Positions 20,511 to 30,650 of a stretch of DNA of 64,000 nt are shown piece by piece. Both the position numbers and the translations under genes were made by a program. Position 1 is the first letter of the stretch; the number at the start of each line of letters is the position of its first letter. The DNA lies in the NCBI GenBank assembly GCA_965216785.1, contig OZ244197.1, positions 1,632,001-1,696,000 on the forward strand. Direction: 5' to 3'. The notes under the pieces were generated by a model, which ran no database searches, was not told the origin of the DNA, and saw only the letters and a program-made list of their open reading frames with translations. This DNA comes from Thermodesulfobacteriota bacterium. GTDB lineage: Bacteria > Desulfobacterota_D > UBA1144 > Nemesobacterales > UBA2774.

Positions 20511-20746
20511 GGAGCTCTGTCTTAGATTAACCCAACTTGGGTCCATGGTATATTAGATTCTGATCTATTTGCATATCTTTAATACTATGGGTTCACCTTT
20601 TTATTGACAACGGAACGCATTTCATGTGAGAATGATAATGCGTGTAGTTCTGAATGGGCTTATAAGTGCAAGAGAATTGAAAAAACGCCCATGAAAACTC
20701 GGGTTACGTGTTTTTTTATGAAACGAAGCGGGAGGATTGAGCATAA

Positions 20747-22057
20747 ATGCCTGAAACTACTTCTAAACACATTCTAATTCTAGGCGGTGGATTTGCCGGC
20801 CTACAAGTAGCGCAGACTCTCGAGAAGATTTACTCAAAAAGAGACGATATAGATATTACGCTCATTAGTGAGAAGAACTATCTTGTATATACCTCTATGC
20901 TCGCGGAAGTGGTTTCGAGCAGTATTGAAGCTAAACATGTTGTTATCCCGCTAAGGGAGAGTGTTAAAAAAACAACTTTTAAAGAGCTTGAAGTAAAGAA
21001 GATAGACCACGATAAAAAAGCCGTAACGTGCATTCATCCGCAGACCCATGAAACACACGTCATCACATATGATTACATCGTAATAGCAATGGGGTCGATT
21101 ACAGGCTTTCATAATGTTAAGGGAGCCGAAGAGTTCTCGTATCCACTTAAGAACCTGGTAGACGCCATGGTGCTGAGGAGTCATGTGATAGATATGTTCG
21201 AGCTCGCCGATATAGAGGAGAACCACGCGCTGCGCAGCAGTCTCCTGACATTCGCGGTCGTAGGCGGTGGGTATACCGGTATTGAAGTCGCCGCGGAGCT
21301 GAATGATTTTGTTGGTTCGAGCAGACGCTTTTACAAGAACGTAAAGTCGGACGAGGTGAAGGTAGTAGTGATAGACCCCGGTGACAGGATTATGCACGAG
21401 ATGAGCGAGGGACTCGCCGAATACGGTATGAACCTACTTAAAAAAAGGGGGATGGAGTTTCGCCTTAACACAAGAGTCGAGAGCGTGGGTGTTGACCGGG
21501 TAGTTACGGGGGACGGGGATACGATTAAGACTCATACGGCTATATGGGCAGCCGGGACAGCTCCTCAACCCGTCGTAGCGGCGCTCCCGTTTGCGGATAA
21601 GAAAGGAAGAATAGAGGTGAACGAGTTTACCGAGGTTCCCGGGTATGAAGGTGTATGGGCCCTTGGAGACTGCGCGGTCGTACCCAACCCGCATACAGGT
21701 AAGCCGTATCCACCTACCGCTCAGCACGCCATAAGAGAAGCGGCCCGAACAGCTCATAATGTAGCTGCATATATTGACGGAAAAGAATCTGAGAAAAGGG
21801 CATTTATCTACGTTACTCAGGGAATGCTGGCCCCCCTGGGGCACCGTTCGGCTGTAGCCGAGATCAAGGGATTTAGGTTCTCGGGGTTTTTCGCGTGGTT
21901 TATGTGGAGAGCCATATATCTTGGTAAGCTCCCCGGGTGGGACAGAAAGATACGTGTCGCTCTTGACTGGTTCTTAGATATATTCCTGCCTAAGGATATA
22001 GTGCAGCTAAGGTTCCTGATGAAACCCAGTCAGTCTCCTCCTGAAGACGAGGGTTGA
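20747..22057 (+). CDS. ndh: type II NADH:quinone oxidoreductase
   Basis: GGGFAG, VGGGYTGIE, WAAG, ALGDCA and PPTAQHA motifs. Confidence 0.9.
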   Translation: MPETTSKHILILGGGFAGLQVAQTLEKIYSKRDDIDITLISEKNYLVYTSMLAEVVSSSIEAKHVVIPLRESVKKTTFKELEVKKIDHDKKAVTCIHPQTHETHVITYDYIVIAMGSITGFHNVKGAEEFSYPLKNLVDAMVLRSHVIDMFELADIEENHALRSSLLTFAVVGGGYTGIEVAAELNDFVGSSRRFYKNVKSDEVKVVVIDPGDRIMHEMSEGLAEYGMNLLKKRGMEFRLNTRVESVGVDRVVTGDGDTIKTHTAIWAAGTAPQPVVAALPFADKKGRIEVNEFTEVPGYEGVWALGDCAVVPNPHTGKPYPPTAQHAIREAARTAHNVAAYIDGKESEKRAFIYVTQGMLAPLGHRSAVAEIKGFRFSGFFAWFMWRAIYLGKLPGWDRKIRVALDWFLDIFLPKDIVQLRFLMKPSQSPPEDEG

Positions 22058-23460
22058 GGGTTTATATGCTTTCTGGTTTTAAGGAACATTACCAAATCGC
22101 TTAGCTCTTGATTTGTGAGAGTACCGCCAAAGCCCGGCATATTGAGCCCGCCGTTCATTATTCGCCAAGTAAGCTCATCAGCCGATAACCTGTCTCCGAT
22201 GTAAGTAAGGTCCGGTCCCCTTAACCCGCCGTGTCCGGATATTGTGTGACAATACAAACACCCCTTGTCGTTAAAGTGCTCCCCGCCTCTGTATATGGGG
22301 CCTGAGTCCGCGCCTATGATCTCAACCGTAAGCGGCTCTGCATGGAAATGCGGAGACCAAGGTGAGCTGATTCCGATTGCCCAGAGTCCTGAAATTGATC
22401 CGATTGTGAGCGCTACCATGGCAATGGCCCACGGACGACGGAGAGGACTTCTCTCTCCGCGGTTCGAAATAAATGGCAGCGCGAATAGTAAGAGTCCTAC
22501 AAGGAGCGGCCCGAACACCATTAGAACCGTTTCCATTGCCGGGGGCATCAGCGCAAGAAATGCGAAGTAGAATATAAAATACCAGTCCGGCACGGGAAGC
22601 GCGTCTATATTGGAAGGATTGGGCGGAGGCCCCAGATCGGGAGGCCCGATAATTATCGCTATAAGGAGTATCGTAGTAATAACGATAAAGCCGAACACCA
22701 TGTCCCGCCATGCCGCCACGGGCCAAAACGGCACTCCGTCGCGTTTTACGCTCGCCTCATACTTTTCTCTATAGGTTTTTGGATCAACCGGCTCACCAGC
22801 TTTCGGGAATTCTGAAATGCCGTTTTTGATTACAAGATACAGGTGGAATACTAAAAACATTATAAGTAGTCCAGGGACAATGAACACATGATACGCGAAC
22901 ATTCGGCTAAGAGTTGCTCCACCGATGGTCTCTCCACCAATTAAGAAGTCAGCTACCCATGTGCCGATAAAAGGTATTCTGCCTGCCTGCTCGGCTGCTA
23001 CGATAGTAGACCACACGGCGGTCTGGTCCCACCTTACGACCTGGCCTGAAAATGCCATAATAATAGTAAGCGCGAGCAGCACAACTCCTGAAATCCAGTG
23101 CATCTCACGGGGGAATTTATAAGACGCCGTCAAATACACACGGATCATGTGAAGACCCACGAGGAGTATCATTGCCGAAGCTCCCCAGTTGTGAAGCCCC
23201 CTCACGATCCTCCCGAAAGTGGTCTGATTGGTGATGAACTCGAGGCTCTGGTAAGCCTCTCCCGCTGCTGGTACGTACATGAAAGCAAGCGTGATGCCTG
23301 TTGCGACCTGGAGCAGGAACGCGAACATGGTAGCGCTGCCGAATACATAGAACCAGGAAGCCGAGTTCTTGGGTACGGCGTGAGTCATGATAGGCCATAA
23401 CGCGCCCACCAGACCCGTGCGGTCTTCAAACCAGTTCCATGCGTTAGTGAAAAACTTCAT
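22030..23460 (-). CDS. cytochrome b (Rieske/cytochrome b complex) with a C-terminal c-type heme domain
   Basis: GLHNWGAS, LHMIRVY and YHVF..FHL heme ligands; PDWY Qo motif; CLYCH...MP. Confidence 0.92.
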   Translation of the reverse strand: MKFFTNAWNWFEDRTGLVGALWPIMTHAVPKNSASWFYVFGSATMFAFLLQVATGITLAFMYVPAAGEAYQSLEFITNQTTFGRIVRGLHNWGASAMILLVGLHMIRVYLTASYKFPREMHWISGVVLLALTIIMAFSGQVVRWDQTAVWSTIVAAEQAGRIPFIGTWVADFLIGGETIGGATLSRMFAYHVFIVPGLLIMFLVFHLYLVIKNGISEFPKAGEPVDPKTYREKYEASVKRDGVPFWPVAAWRDMVFGFIVITTILLIAIIIGPPDLGPPPNPSNIDALPVPDWYFIFYFAFLALMPPAMETVLMVFGPLLVGLLLFALPFISNRGERSPLRRPWAIAMVALTIGSISGLWAIGISSPWSPHFHAEPLTVEIIGADSGPIYRGGEHFNDKGCLYCHTISGHGGLRGPDLTYIGDRLSADELTWRIMNGGLNMPGFGGTLTNQELSDLVMFLKTRKHINPQPSSSGGD

Positions 23461-23514
23461 TCAGTGCGCTCCGTATTCATCATAATTGAGACGTTCTCAT
23501 ACATTTATATTTCG

Positions 23515-24024
23515 CTAAACTGTTGTAATCGGTATAGGGCTTGTTTTTATCTCCACCTGCCCGTCTTTTACCCTTGCAGGATAGCTGTAAAGACCCCTTG
23601 GAGGCGGTCCCGCAGCGACAGAGCCGTCTGAGTAATAAACTCCGCCGTGACAGGGGCACATGAAGAGCTTTGCCCCTGAGACCCATCTTACCGGACATCC
23701 GAGATGGGCGCAGTTTACTGAGAATACCGTAAGCTCGTCATTTGCACTGCGCCTGACCCACGCGGCTGTCTCCGCCGTAATCCCAGACCAGGGAAGGGGA
23801 GAGGCGTCAATAAAATTCACCTTCACATACTCATCGAGCGTAAAGCTCCTAAGCTCGCCCACAGGTCTCCATATGGGCTTTGGCTTTTTAACTATCGGAG
23901 CGAGTATCGAGCCCACGATAGGAATTCCCACCATAAGGGCAGCCAGGCTCCCGAGTGTAATGCTTATGTGAGTGAAGAACTGTCTTCTCGAGCACTCTTC
24001 ACTCGTTTTGGTCTTTTCGCTCAT
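23515..24024 (-). CDS. Rieske 2Fe-2S protein
   Basis: SRRQFF Tat motif, TM, CAHLGC and CPCHGG boxes. Confidence 0.95.
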   Translation of the reverse strand: MSEKTKTSEECSRRQFFTHISITLGSLAALMVGIPIVGSILAPIVKKPKPIWRPVGELRSFTLDEYVKVNFIDASPLPWSGITAETAAWVRRSANDELTVFSVNCAHLGCPVRWVSGAKLFMCPCHGGVYYSDGSVAAGPPPRGLYSYPARVKDGQVEIKTSPIPITTV

Positions 24025-24319
24025 GTCTCAGGTCTCCTATCCATCCGACTAAGGACACAGTAAAAATTGATAATCCTACTAAAAATAATATGATGATCGT
24101 GCTTACTACTTCATTGAACCCCACAGCCAGCGACCAGAGCATAAATGTTACGCCAAGGGCCATTATCGCAGGCCAGTATCCGGGTGTAGGCAGACGCTCG
24201 GGCAGAGGTTTGTGCCAGCCCTTAGGTATCTGGTCCCCTGAAGTTGTATTTTCCTGGCCCGCAGGCGCTGTGCTCCCAGGCGCGCTGCCCGGGGCGCTGA
24301 ATTCCGATCCGTTACTCAA
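23999..24319 (-). CDS. small 2-TM protein, cytochrome oxidase subunit 4 (CtaF)-like
   Basis: LPTPGYWP plus two TM helices; position in the cox operon; AAGGAG RBS. Confidence 0.6.
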   Translation of the reverse strand: MSNGSEFSAPGSAPGSTAPAGQENTTSGDQIPKGWHKPLPERLPTPGYWPAIMALGVTFMLWSLAVGFNEVVSTIIILFLVGLSIFTVSLVGWIGDLRHERKDQNE

Positions 24320-24360
24320 TTTACACCTTCTCCTTCATTTTTATTGATCCAATATTCAAA

Positions 24361-25176
24361 TTAAGCAGCCTCCTGCCCAGCGGCGCTAACACTTTCTTCC
24401 GGCGCTGCGTACCACTGAGCGAGTGTGATCATGCTCGCGCTAAGATATATGAGACACCCCGGCACCCACATCGTAAGACCGCCGATCTGCTGGTCAACGC
24501 CAGGAGTGATACAGAGATCATTTCTGATCAAAGCGAGCAGTCCCGCGCTATCCACGGGGTTTACGTATGCCGTATAAAGTCCTGCGCCTGCAAAAGTGAT
24601 GAGCATTCCGAGTATCGTGCACCCAAGGCACGCGGACGCCAGATAAAGCGTGCCGGTAAGGGGGTTCAGCCTCTTACTCTCAATAGGCGTGAACACGGGC
24701 CACCAGAATACCATCCCTATTACTACAAAACTGACTAACTGTGTTATGTATAGCGAGCTGTTGTTAAGAGCCATATCATGAATTGAGGGCATATGCCATA
24801 CCCACATGGCGCCTACACCCAGAAACCATGCCACCGGGGGATAGCTGAGCACTCTCATTATTTCCCCGATAGGCTCAATATTAAGAAGCTTTTGTGCAGT
24901 TCTTTTCGGGATACCGAATAGCAGTAGCAGCGGAACTATGAGGAGAAGCAGTATGTGCTGAATCATATGGGCGCTGAATAAATAGTGCCTGCCGAGGTAA
25001 TCGAGCGGACTAACGAGCGCAAAAAGCATTACCGCAACACCCGTCATATACAGTACGGAATGTCTGTTCACACCCGTGCCGACGCCCAGTAAATATGCCC
25101 CTACAAGTAAGGAGGCAAATACGAGGACCCAAGGCTCAAACGACCATCCTATACTAAAAAGCTGTAATATTTCCAT
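24361..25176 (-). CDS. ctaG: caa3-type cytochrome c oxidase assembly factor
   Basis: SPLD, FSAHMIQH, WVWHMP and DQQIGGLTMWVPG motifs. Confidence 0.9.
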   Translation of the reverse strand: MEILQLFSIGWSFEPWVLVFASLLVGAYLLGVGTGVNRHSVLYMTGVAVMLFALVSPLDYLGRHYLFSAHMIQHILLLLIVPLLLLFGIPKRTAQKLLNIEPIGEIMRVLSYPPVAWFLGVGAMWVWHMPSIHDMALNNSSLYITQLVSFVVIGMVFWWPVFTPIESKRLNPLTGTLYLASACLGCTILGMLITFAGAGLYTAYVNPVDSAGLLALIRNDLCITPGVDQQIGGLTMWVPGCLIYLSASMITLAQWYAAPEESVSAAGQEAA

Positions 25177-25218
25177 GCCCGTTTCTCCAGATAAATTTTA
25201 TCGTTACACACTTTCTCG

Positions 25219-25773
25219 TCATAAAAAGAACGCCCACACGTAAATCACCGAGTAAACGACAATCCATACGCCGTCTACGAAGTGCCAGTAAATCGAAACG
25301 ACCTCCACTCCGTCAGAGCGCGGCCCCTTGAAATCGCCGAATAGCGCGAGCCCTAGTAAAATTGAAAGCATTATAAGCCCCACACACACGTGGAATCCGT
25401 GAAAACCTGTTAGTGTAAAAAACGTCGTTCCGAAAACGTTTCTGCTTATTGTTATATTCTGCTCTATCAGCCCCGCCCATTCGCGTCCTTGTCCGTATAT
25501 AAATATGGCCCCTAAAACTATGGTGACGAAAAGCCAAAACTTGAGCATCGTATGGTTCTTGGCCCTAAGTGACTTTCCGGCAAGCCAGACAGTAAAACTG
25601 CTGGTAAACAAAAACAGGCTGAATATACCCGTAACATAAGGATTTAAACTGCTTTCGGCCGTAGGTCCGTCCACTACCGTGCCTTTGAAATTTACGTAAG
25701 CCAATATGAGCATGATGAAGAAGATCGACTCAGAGGCCACGAAAAATTTTATGAGCATTTTGTTATCAGCCAT
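25219..25773 (-). CDS. ctaE: heme-copper oxidase subunit III (short form)
   Basis: SESIFF, FFTLTGFHGFHV and YWHFVDGVW motifs. Confidence 0.92.
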   Translation of the reverse strand: MADNKMLIKFFVASESIFFIMLILAYVNFKGTVVDGPTAESSLNPYVTGIFSLFLFTSSFTVWLAGKSLRAKNHTMLKFWLFVTIVLGAIFIYGQGREWAGLIEQNITISRNVFGTTFFTLTGFHGFHVCVGLIMLSILLGLALFGDFKGPRSDGVEVVSIYWHFVDGVWIVVYSVIYVWAFFL

Positions 25774-25784
25774 TAAATCGTCTC

Positions 25785-27458
25785 CTAGTCAACCACCTTC
25801 GAATTGGGCTCATCTAACTGCTCTGGGTGCGCAAGATCCCACAGAGGGCGCCGTCCCCTTACAGGAGGTACGAGATCAAAATTGTGCACAGCGGGAGGCG
25901 AGGACGCGAACCACTCTAAGGTCCATGCGTTCCATGGATTGTCACCCGCTTTTTTACCGCGTCTTAGACTAACGTGGACGTTCCACATAAACACTAATAC
26001 AGAGGCGGCAAGCACTAGCGCGCCTATGGTGGATATGAGGTTCATCGAGCCCCAATACGGGAAATCATGATATGTGTAAGTTCTACGGGGCATGCCCATA
26101 ACACCCAAGAAATGCTGTATGAAAAATGTCATGTTAAATCCGATTACCGTGAGCCAGAAATGCCATTTGCCGAGCGTTTCCGACATCATGCGCCCGGTAA
26201 ATTTGGGGAACCAATAGTAAACGCCTGCGAATATCGCAAACATCGAGCCCCCGAATAGTGCGTAGTGGAAATGGGCAACGATGAAGTAGCTGTCTGTGAC
26301 AACCCAGTCTATGGGTACAGAGGCAATGGCAACACCGGTGAGTCCGGCAATGACAAACTCTATTATGAAAGTTGCGGCAAATAGCATGGGGGTGGCGAAA
26401 ATAATCTTGCCTCCCCACATGGTGGCAACCCAGTTAAGCACCTTAACCCCCGTGGGAATGGCGATTAGCATGCTGGCCAGCGAGAAGTACAGGTTGGTAA
26501 CATCTCCAAGGCCTACTGCGAACATGTGGTGAGCCCATACTCCCAGGCTCAAAAGGCCGATAGCTACAGTCGAGCCCGCTACGAATTCGTAGCCGAAAAT
26601 GGGTTTGCGCGAGAATACCGGTATGACTTCGGAGATAATGCCGAACGCTGGCAGTATGAGGATATAGACCTCGGGGTGTCCGAAACCCCAGAAAAAATGC
26701 TGCCATAGAATCGCGGAGCCTCCGTGAGCCGGGGTAAAGAAAGTGGCTTCAAGCAGACGGTCGAGCAGCATCATAGCGAACGCAGAGGCGATGATAGGTA
26801 TAACAAATACGAGTAGGAACGATGTTACGAGTATCATCCAGACGAATAGCGGGATCCTGCGCATAGTCATTCCAGGCGTCCGCATGGTGAGAATTGTAAC
26901 GATATTGTTGAGACCCGAGGCTACGGAGCTTATGCCTGTGGCCAGAAGCCCCAGAGCCCAGTACGTGGGACCTTTATTAAGTGAAAACGGTTTTTCACTC
27001 AGCGGAGAGTACGCAAACCAGCCCATATCGGGCGCCCCGCTCTGTGTTAAAAAGCTATAGTAGATCAATATGCCGCCGAAAACGACCAGCCAGAAGCTAA
27101 GAGCGTTTAAGCGGGGGAAAGCCATGTCTCTGGCACCTATCATGAGGGGAACAAGATACACGCCGATCCCGATTAAAAACGGCATCACAACGAAGAAAAT
27201 CATCGTAGTGCCGTGCATGGTGAACATCTGGTTATAAACTTCGGGCGAGATAAAACTCATTTCGGGCTGGGCTAGCTGTATACGGATAAGAAGAGCTTCT
27301 AGCCCGCCTACTACGAAAAACACCATCGTGATCATCAGGTACATGAGCCCGATCTGTTTATGGTCAACAGAGGCAACCCATGAGAGCATGCCCTGATTTT
27401 CCTTAAGTGATGGTAGGGGCTCTGTATTTTCAGGGACTAACGGTAATCTTCTGCTCAT
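25785..27458 (-). CDS. ctaD: cytochrome c oxidase subunit I (type A1)
   Basis: DHKQIG, TMHG, GHPEVY, WAHHM, AHFHY and GMPRR motifs. Confidence 0.97.
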   Translation of the reverse strand: MSRRLPLVPENTEPLPSLKENQGMLSWVASVDHKQIGLMYLMITMVFFVVGGLEALLIRIQLAQPEMSFISPEVYNQMFTMHGTTMIFFVVMPFLIGIGVYLVPLMIGARDMAFPRLNALSFWLVVFGGILIYYSFLTQSGAPDMGWFAYSPLSEKPFSLNKGPTYWALGLLATGISSVASGLNNIVTILTMRTPGMTMRRIPLFVWMILVTSFLLVFVIPIIASAFAMMLLDRLLEATFFTPAHGGSAILWQHFFWGFGHPEVYILILPAFGIISEVIPVFSRKPIFGYEFVAGSTVAIGLLSLGVWAHHMFAVGLGDVTNLYFSLASMLIAIPTGVKVLNWVATMWGGKIIFATPMLFAATFIIEFVIAGLTGVAIASVPIDWVVTDSYFIVAHFHYALFGGSMFAIFAGVYYWFPKFTGRMMSETLGKWHFWLTVIGFNMTFFIQHFLGVMGMPRRTYTYHDFPYWGSMNLISTIGALVLAASVLVFMWNVHVSLRRGKKAGDNPWNAWTLEWFASSPPAVHNFDLVPPVRGRRPLWDLAHPEQLDEPNSKVVD

Positions 27459-28393
27459 TTGAGAGCCTCCAGGTAAGCTACGATTGCGTCTACTTCTTCG
27501 GGGCTAAGCTTCATGTTGGGCATAAGTGAGCCCTGTTTATATTTCTGAGGATTAGTAAGCCACTTGTTCAGATTCTCAGGCGTATTGGTGAGCACTCCCG
27601 CCCCAATTGTCTGGCGGCCATTCAGATGGGTCAGGTTAGGTCCTACTCTTGCCGCTGCCGCCGTGCCCATGATGGTATGGCAGTTCATACAAGCCTTTTC
27701 CTGAAACAGTTTCGCTCCCTCTGCCGCAATTCCGGAGCTCGGAGTCGGCGGTATTACCAGCTCCTGCTTTTCCCACTCTTCGAATTCCTCTTGAGATTCG
27801 GCAATTACTCTTATGCGCATGTTGGCGTGCTGTGCGCCGCAGAACTCAGCGCACGCGCCCAGATATACACCCGGCTCTCCCGCTACTATCCACAAATGGT
27901 TTGGGTGTCCTGGAACAGCGTCTATTTTACGTCCGAGCTCAGGAACCCAAAAGTCGTGAATAACGTCTATGGACTCTATGCGGGCAAGAAGGTACTCCCC
28001 AACGGGGATGTGCAGCTCATTTGCCGTAATAATTCCGCTATTGGCATAGCGGATCTCCCACCACCACTGATGTCCTATGATAATAAGATCGGGTTCACGT
28101 CCGTCTACCGGGGGGTCTATGGCTTTCATGGTGTTGCATGTAAGTAAAAAGAGTACGGCAACGATAGCGCACGGTATTAAAGTCCAAACTATTTCCAGGT
28201 TCAGGTTGCCGAAATTCTGATAGGGCTCTTCAGTGTCTCCGGGGGATTTTCTGTAACGGACTATGATGTAAATCATCGCGAACACGATGATCCCGAGGAT
28301 GGCTGCCGAAATAGCAATGGTGTAGTAGGTTAGGCCAGCCAGGGCCTCCATTTCAGGGGAGCTCGGATTGAATAGACCGCCAAGTTTTTCCAT
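27455..28393 (-). CDS. ctaC: cytochrome c oxidase subunit II with a C-terminal cytochrome c (caa3 type)
   Basis: DVIHDF and CAEFCGAQHANM CuA site; CMNCH...MP heme c domain. Confidence 0.95.
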   Translation of the reverse strand: MEKLGGLFNPSSPEMEALAGLTYYTIAISAAILGIIVFAMIYIIVRYRKSPGDTEEPYQNFGNLNLEIVWTLIPCAIVAVLFLLTCNTMKAIDPPVDGREPDLIIIGHQWWWEIRYANSGIITANELHIPVGEYLLARIESIDVIHDFWVPELGRKIDAVPGHPNHLWIVAGEPGVYLGACAEFCGAQHANMRIRVIAESQEEFEEWEKQELVIPPTPSSGIAAEGAKLFQEKACMNCHTIMGTAAAARVGPNLTHLNGRQTIGAGVLTNTPENLNKWLTNPQKYKQGSLMPNMKLSPEEVDAIVAYLEALK

Positions 28394-28445
28394 AGTCTCG
28401 TTGTCTAACTGAATTGCTTCTTATTAGGACCCACAACTAGAGTTC

Positions 28446-28475
28446 ATTATAAAGAGTTTGCTCTCTGATTGTCAA
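28446..28475 (-). promoter_or_regulatory. sigma70 consensus promoter for the cox-Rieske-cytochrome b operon
   Basis: Minus strand TTGACA-N18-TATAAT, about 50 bp upstream of ATG28393. Confidence 0.65.
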
Positions 28476-28631
28476 CCCCGGAGGTTTATTAAATTGTTAT
28501 TTCAATGTGATTATCGGTTTTGTGAACTTTAAAATTTCGAAATAATTGGATATATCCTGCATTCGTTTGATAATACGATTTATTTATTCTTCTTGATTGT
28601 ATGCTGGAAAAAATGCATTATTTTGCACTAA

Positions 28632-30650
28632 ATGAATAAAGTTGCTGTAAAATTCCTGTTCCTGCTGGTTTTTAGTGTTTTTATCAGCTATCCGAATATA
28701 GTTAACGCGCAAGATGCGGCAGAACCTGCTGAGTCCGGCGAAAAGGCCCCAATTGAAAGCTCCACGGTTCCAGACAAGTCCGCTGAAAGCGGAGCCGAAG
28801 ACAGCGTGGAAACGCCAGCTTCCGAAGAACAGCCCATAGAGCCCGAAAGCCAGGATAAACGCTCTGATCAAGACACTACTATCGACGAGCTTGCCAAGGA
28901 GCAGCAAGAAGAGGACGACCCCTCGACTGTTCGAATCTCAAAGGTAAAGATAGAGGGCGCTAAAGCGGTCTCTAAGGAGCAGATCGAGCAGAGCATTGGA
29001 ACCGGTTTCCCAACGTTCAGGTTCTGGGTCAAAAAGCCGCCGTTTGATGAAGAGGTCCTCAAGGACGATATGATCAGGATACAGAGACTTTACGCAAATA
29101 ACGGTTATTACGACACTAAGGCTACGTATGAGCTTAAATACAATGAAGACGATACACGTGTAGAAATCAAGATTAAAATAGTCGAGGGCGAACCCGTGAA
29201 GCTCACCGAGCTCTTGGTTGAATTTAAGGGCGATCTGAGTGATAAGATCAGAAAAGAAGTATTTAAAGCCATACCGCTTAAGGCGGATACGATATTTTCC
29301 CCTAACGGCTATGAGCGGACAAAGGGCGTGATCGCGGAAATATTGGCCAATAACGGCTACCCGAAAGCCCAAATCGAAGGAGAGGCTCTGGTAAACAGAA
29401 GGGAAAAGTGGGCAAGGGCCGAGTTTACCGTGGACCCGGGTCTGATTTATGTTTTCGGCAAGATTAGCGTTTCGGGCAATGACACCGTTAAGAGCTATAT
29501 TGTAGAAAGAGAAAGGGAATTTAAGGAAGGAGAGATATACTCGCTTAAAAAAGTCAACGATACCCAGGCTAATATCTTTCAGCTGGGGCTTTTCCGCTCG
29601 GTTGTCATCGATCCGGTATTTAATGATGAGGATCAGATTGCCGACATAGAAATAGTCGTGAAGGAGAGAAAACACGGATCGGTTAAGATCGGCGGGGGAT
29701 TCGGAACAGAGGATAAACTTAGAGGGCAGATAATCTGGACGCAGAGGAACTTTTTCGGTGGCGGAAGGAGGCTTGAGGTAGCGGGCAAGTTTTCTTTTAT
29801 TACACAGAGGGTGGAAACAAGCTTGATACAGCCGTATATAGCCGGTAAGAACTCGGAGCTTTCCGGTACACTGAATTTTCAAAGGGATGACGTGCCTAGT
29901 TTTAAGGGCAGGAGCTTTCTGACCTCGGTCAGGATGGAGAAAAACTTTAAGGACTATTACTCGACATTCGGATCATTAAACCTCCAGTATTCGAAAATTG
30001 AAGACAGCGCTACCCGTACCCCACAAGAGAGGAGTGAGGAGAATGTCTTCCTTACGTTTATTAACATGGGACTCGAAAGAGACACGACAGACAGTATCCT
30101 GAACCCGACTCGCGGCACTGTGGTCTCCACGGGGCTTGAATCTTCATTCACGGCTCTTGCCTCGGACGTGAATTACCTTAAAGGGACAATCGAGCTCAGG
30201 GGGTACAAAAAGTACCGAAGTATAGTATTCGCAAACAAACTCACGACCGGAGTCATTCAGCCATTTGGCGATACCGGTACTTTTGACGTGCCTATATTCA
30301 AGCGCTTCTTCGCCGGAGGCAGCACCAGTATGAGGGGCTTCCCGTTTCAGAAACTGGGTCCCCTGGATCAAAACAATGATCCTCTGGGTGGAAACACCCT
30401 TTTAGTCGGGAGCTTTGAGCTCCGATACCCGCTCTATGGTAATTTCGGCGCTGTCACCTTCTTTGACTACGGTAACGTGTATTCAAGGGAGTGGGACTAC
30501 GACCTGGGTGATTTAAAATACGCGCCGGGCGCGGGTCTTAGGTATGACACGATTATCGGTCCTATAAGATTTGATGTCGGTTATGCCCTGAACCCTGAGC
30601 CCGGGATAAGAAGGGTTCAATTCTTCATCAGTATAGGACAGGCATTCTAA
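28632..30650 (+). CDS. Omp85 family outer membrane protein (TamA/BamA-like, about 3 POTRA domains)
   Basis: Signal peptide; POTRA repeats (LYANNGYY, NNGY, LGLF); FFAGGSTSMRGF; C-terminal SIGQAF. Confidence 0.9.
   Translation: MNKVAVKFLFLLVFSVFISYPNIVNAQDAAEPAESGEKAPIESSTVPDKSAESGAEDSVETPASEEQPIEPESQDKRSDQDTTIDELAKEQQEEDDPSTVRISKVKIEGAKAVSKEQIEQSIGTGFPTFRFWVKKPPFDEEVLKDDMIRIQRLYANNGYYDTKATYELKYNEDDTRVEIKIKIVEGEPVKLTELLVEFKGDLSDKIRKEVFKAIPLKADTIFSPNGYERTKGVIAEILANNGYPKAQIEGEALVNRREKWARAEFTVDPGLIYVFGKISVSGNDTVKSYIVEREREFKEGEIYSLKKVNDTQANIFQLGLFRSVVIDPVFNDEDQIADIEIVVKERKHGSVKIGGGFGTEDKLRGQIIWTQRNFFGGGRRLEVAGKFSFITQRVETSLIQPYIAGKNSELSGTLNFQRDDVPSFKGRSFLTSVRMEKNFKDYYSTFGSLNLQYSKIEDSATRTPQERSEENVFLTFINMGLERDTTDSILNPTRGTVVSTGLESSFTALASDVNYLKGTIELRGYKKYRSIVFANKLTTGVIQPFGDTGTFDVPIFKRFFAGGSTSMRGFPFQKLGPLDQNNDPLGGNTLLVGSFELRYPLYGNFGAVTFFDYGNVYSREWDYDLGDLKYAPGAGLRYDTIIGPIRFDVGYALNPEPGIRRVQFFISIGQAF

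Noticed and set aside
20680-20718. Possible attenuator hairpin with a T tract upstream of ndh
   Set aside because: The stem is mostly A-T pairs with a large poorly paired interior; no aptamer recognised
23461-23514. Tiny ORFs between the Rieske and cytochrome b genes
   Set aside because: At most about 15 codons, with no hydrophobic segment or convincing RBS
28938-29882. 314-aa antisense ORF within the Omp85 gene, and many other shadow ORFs in the track
   Set aside because: They lie fully within well-supported genes and show no recognisable motifs or RBS
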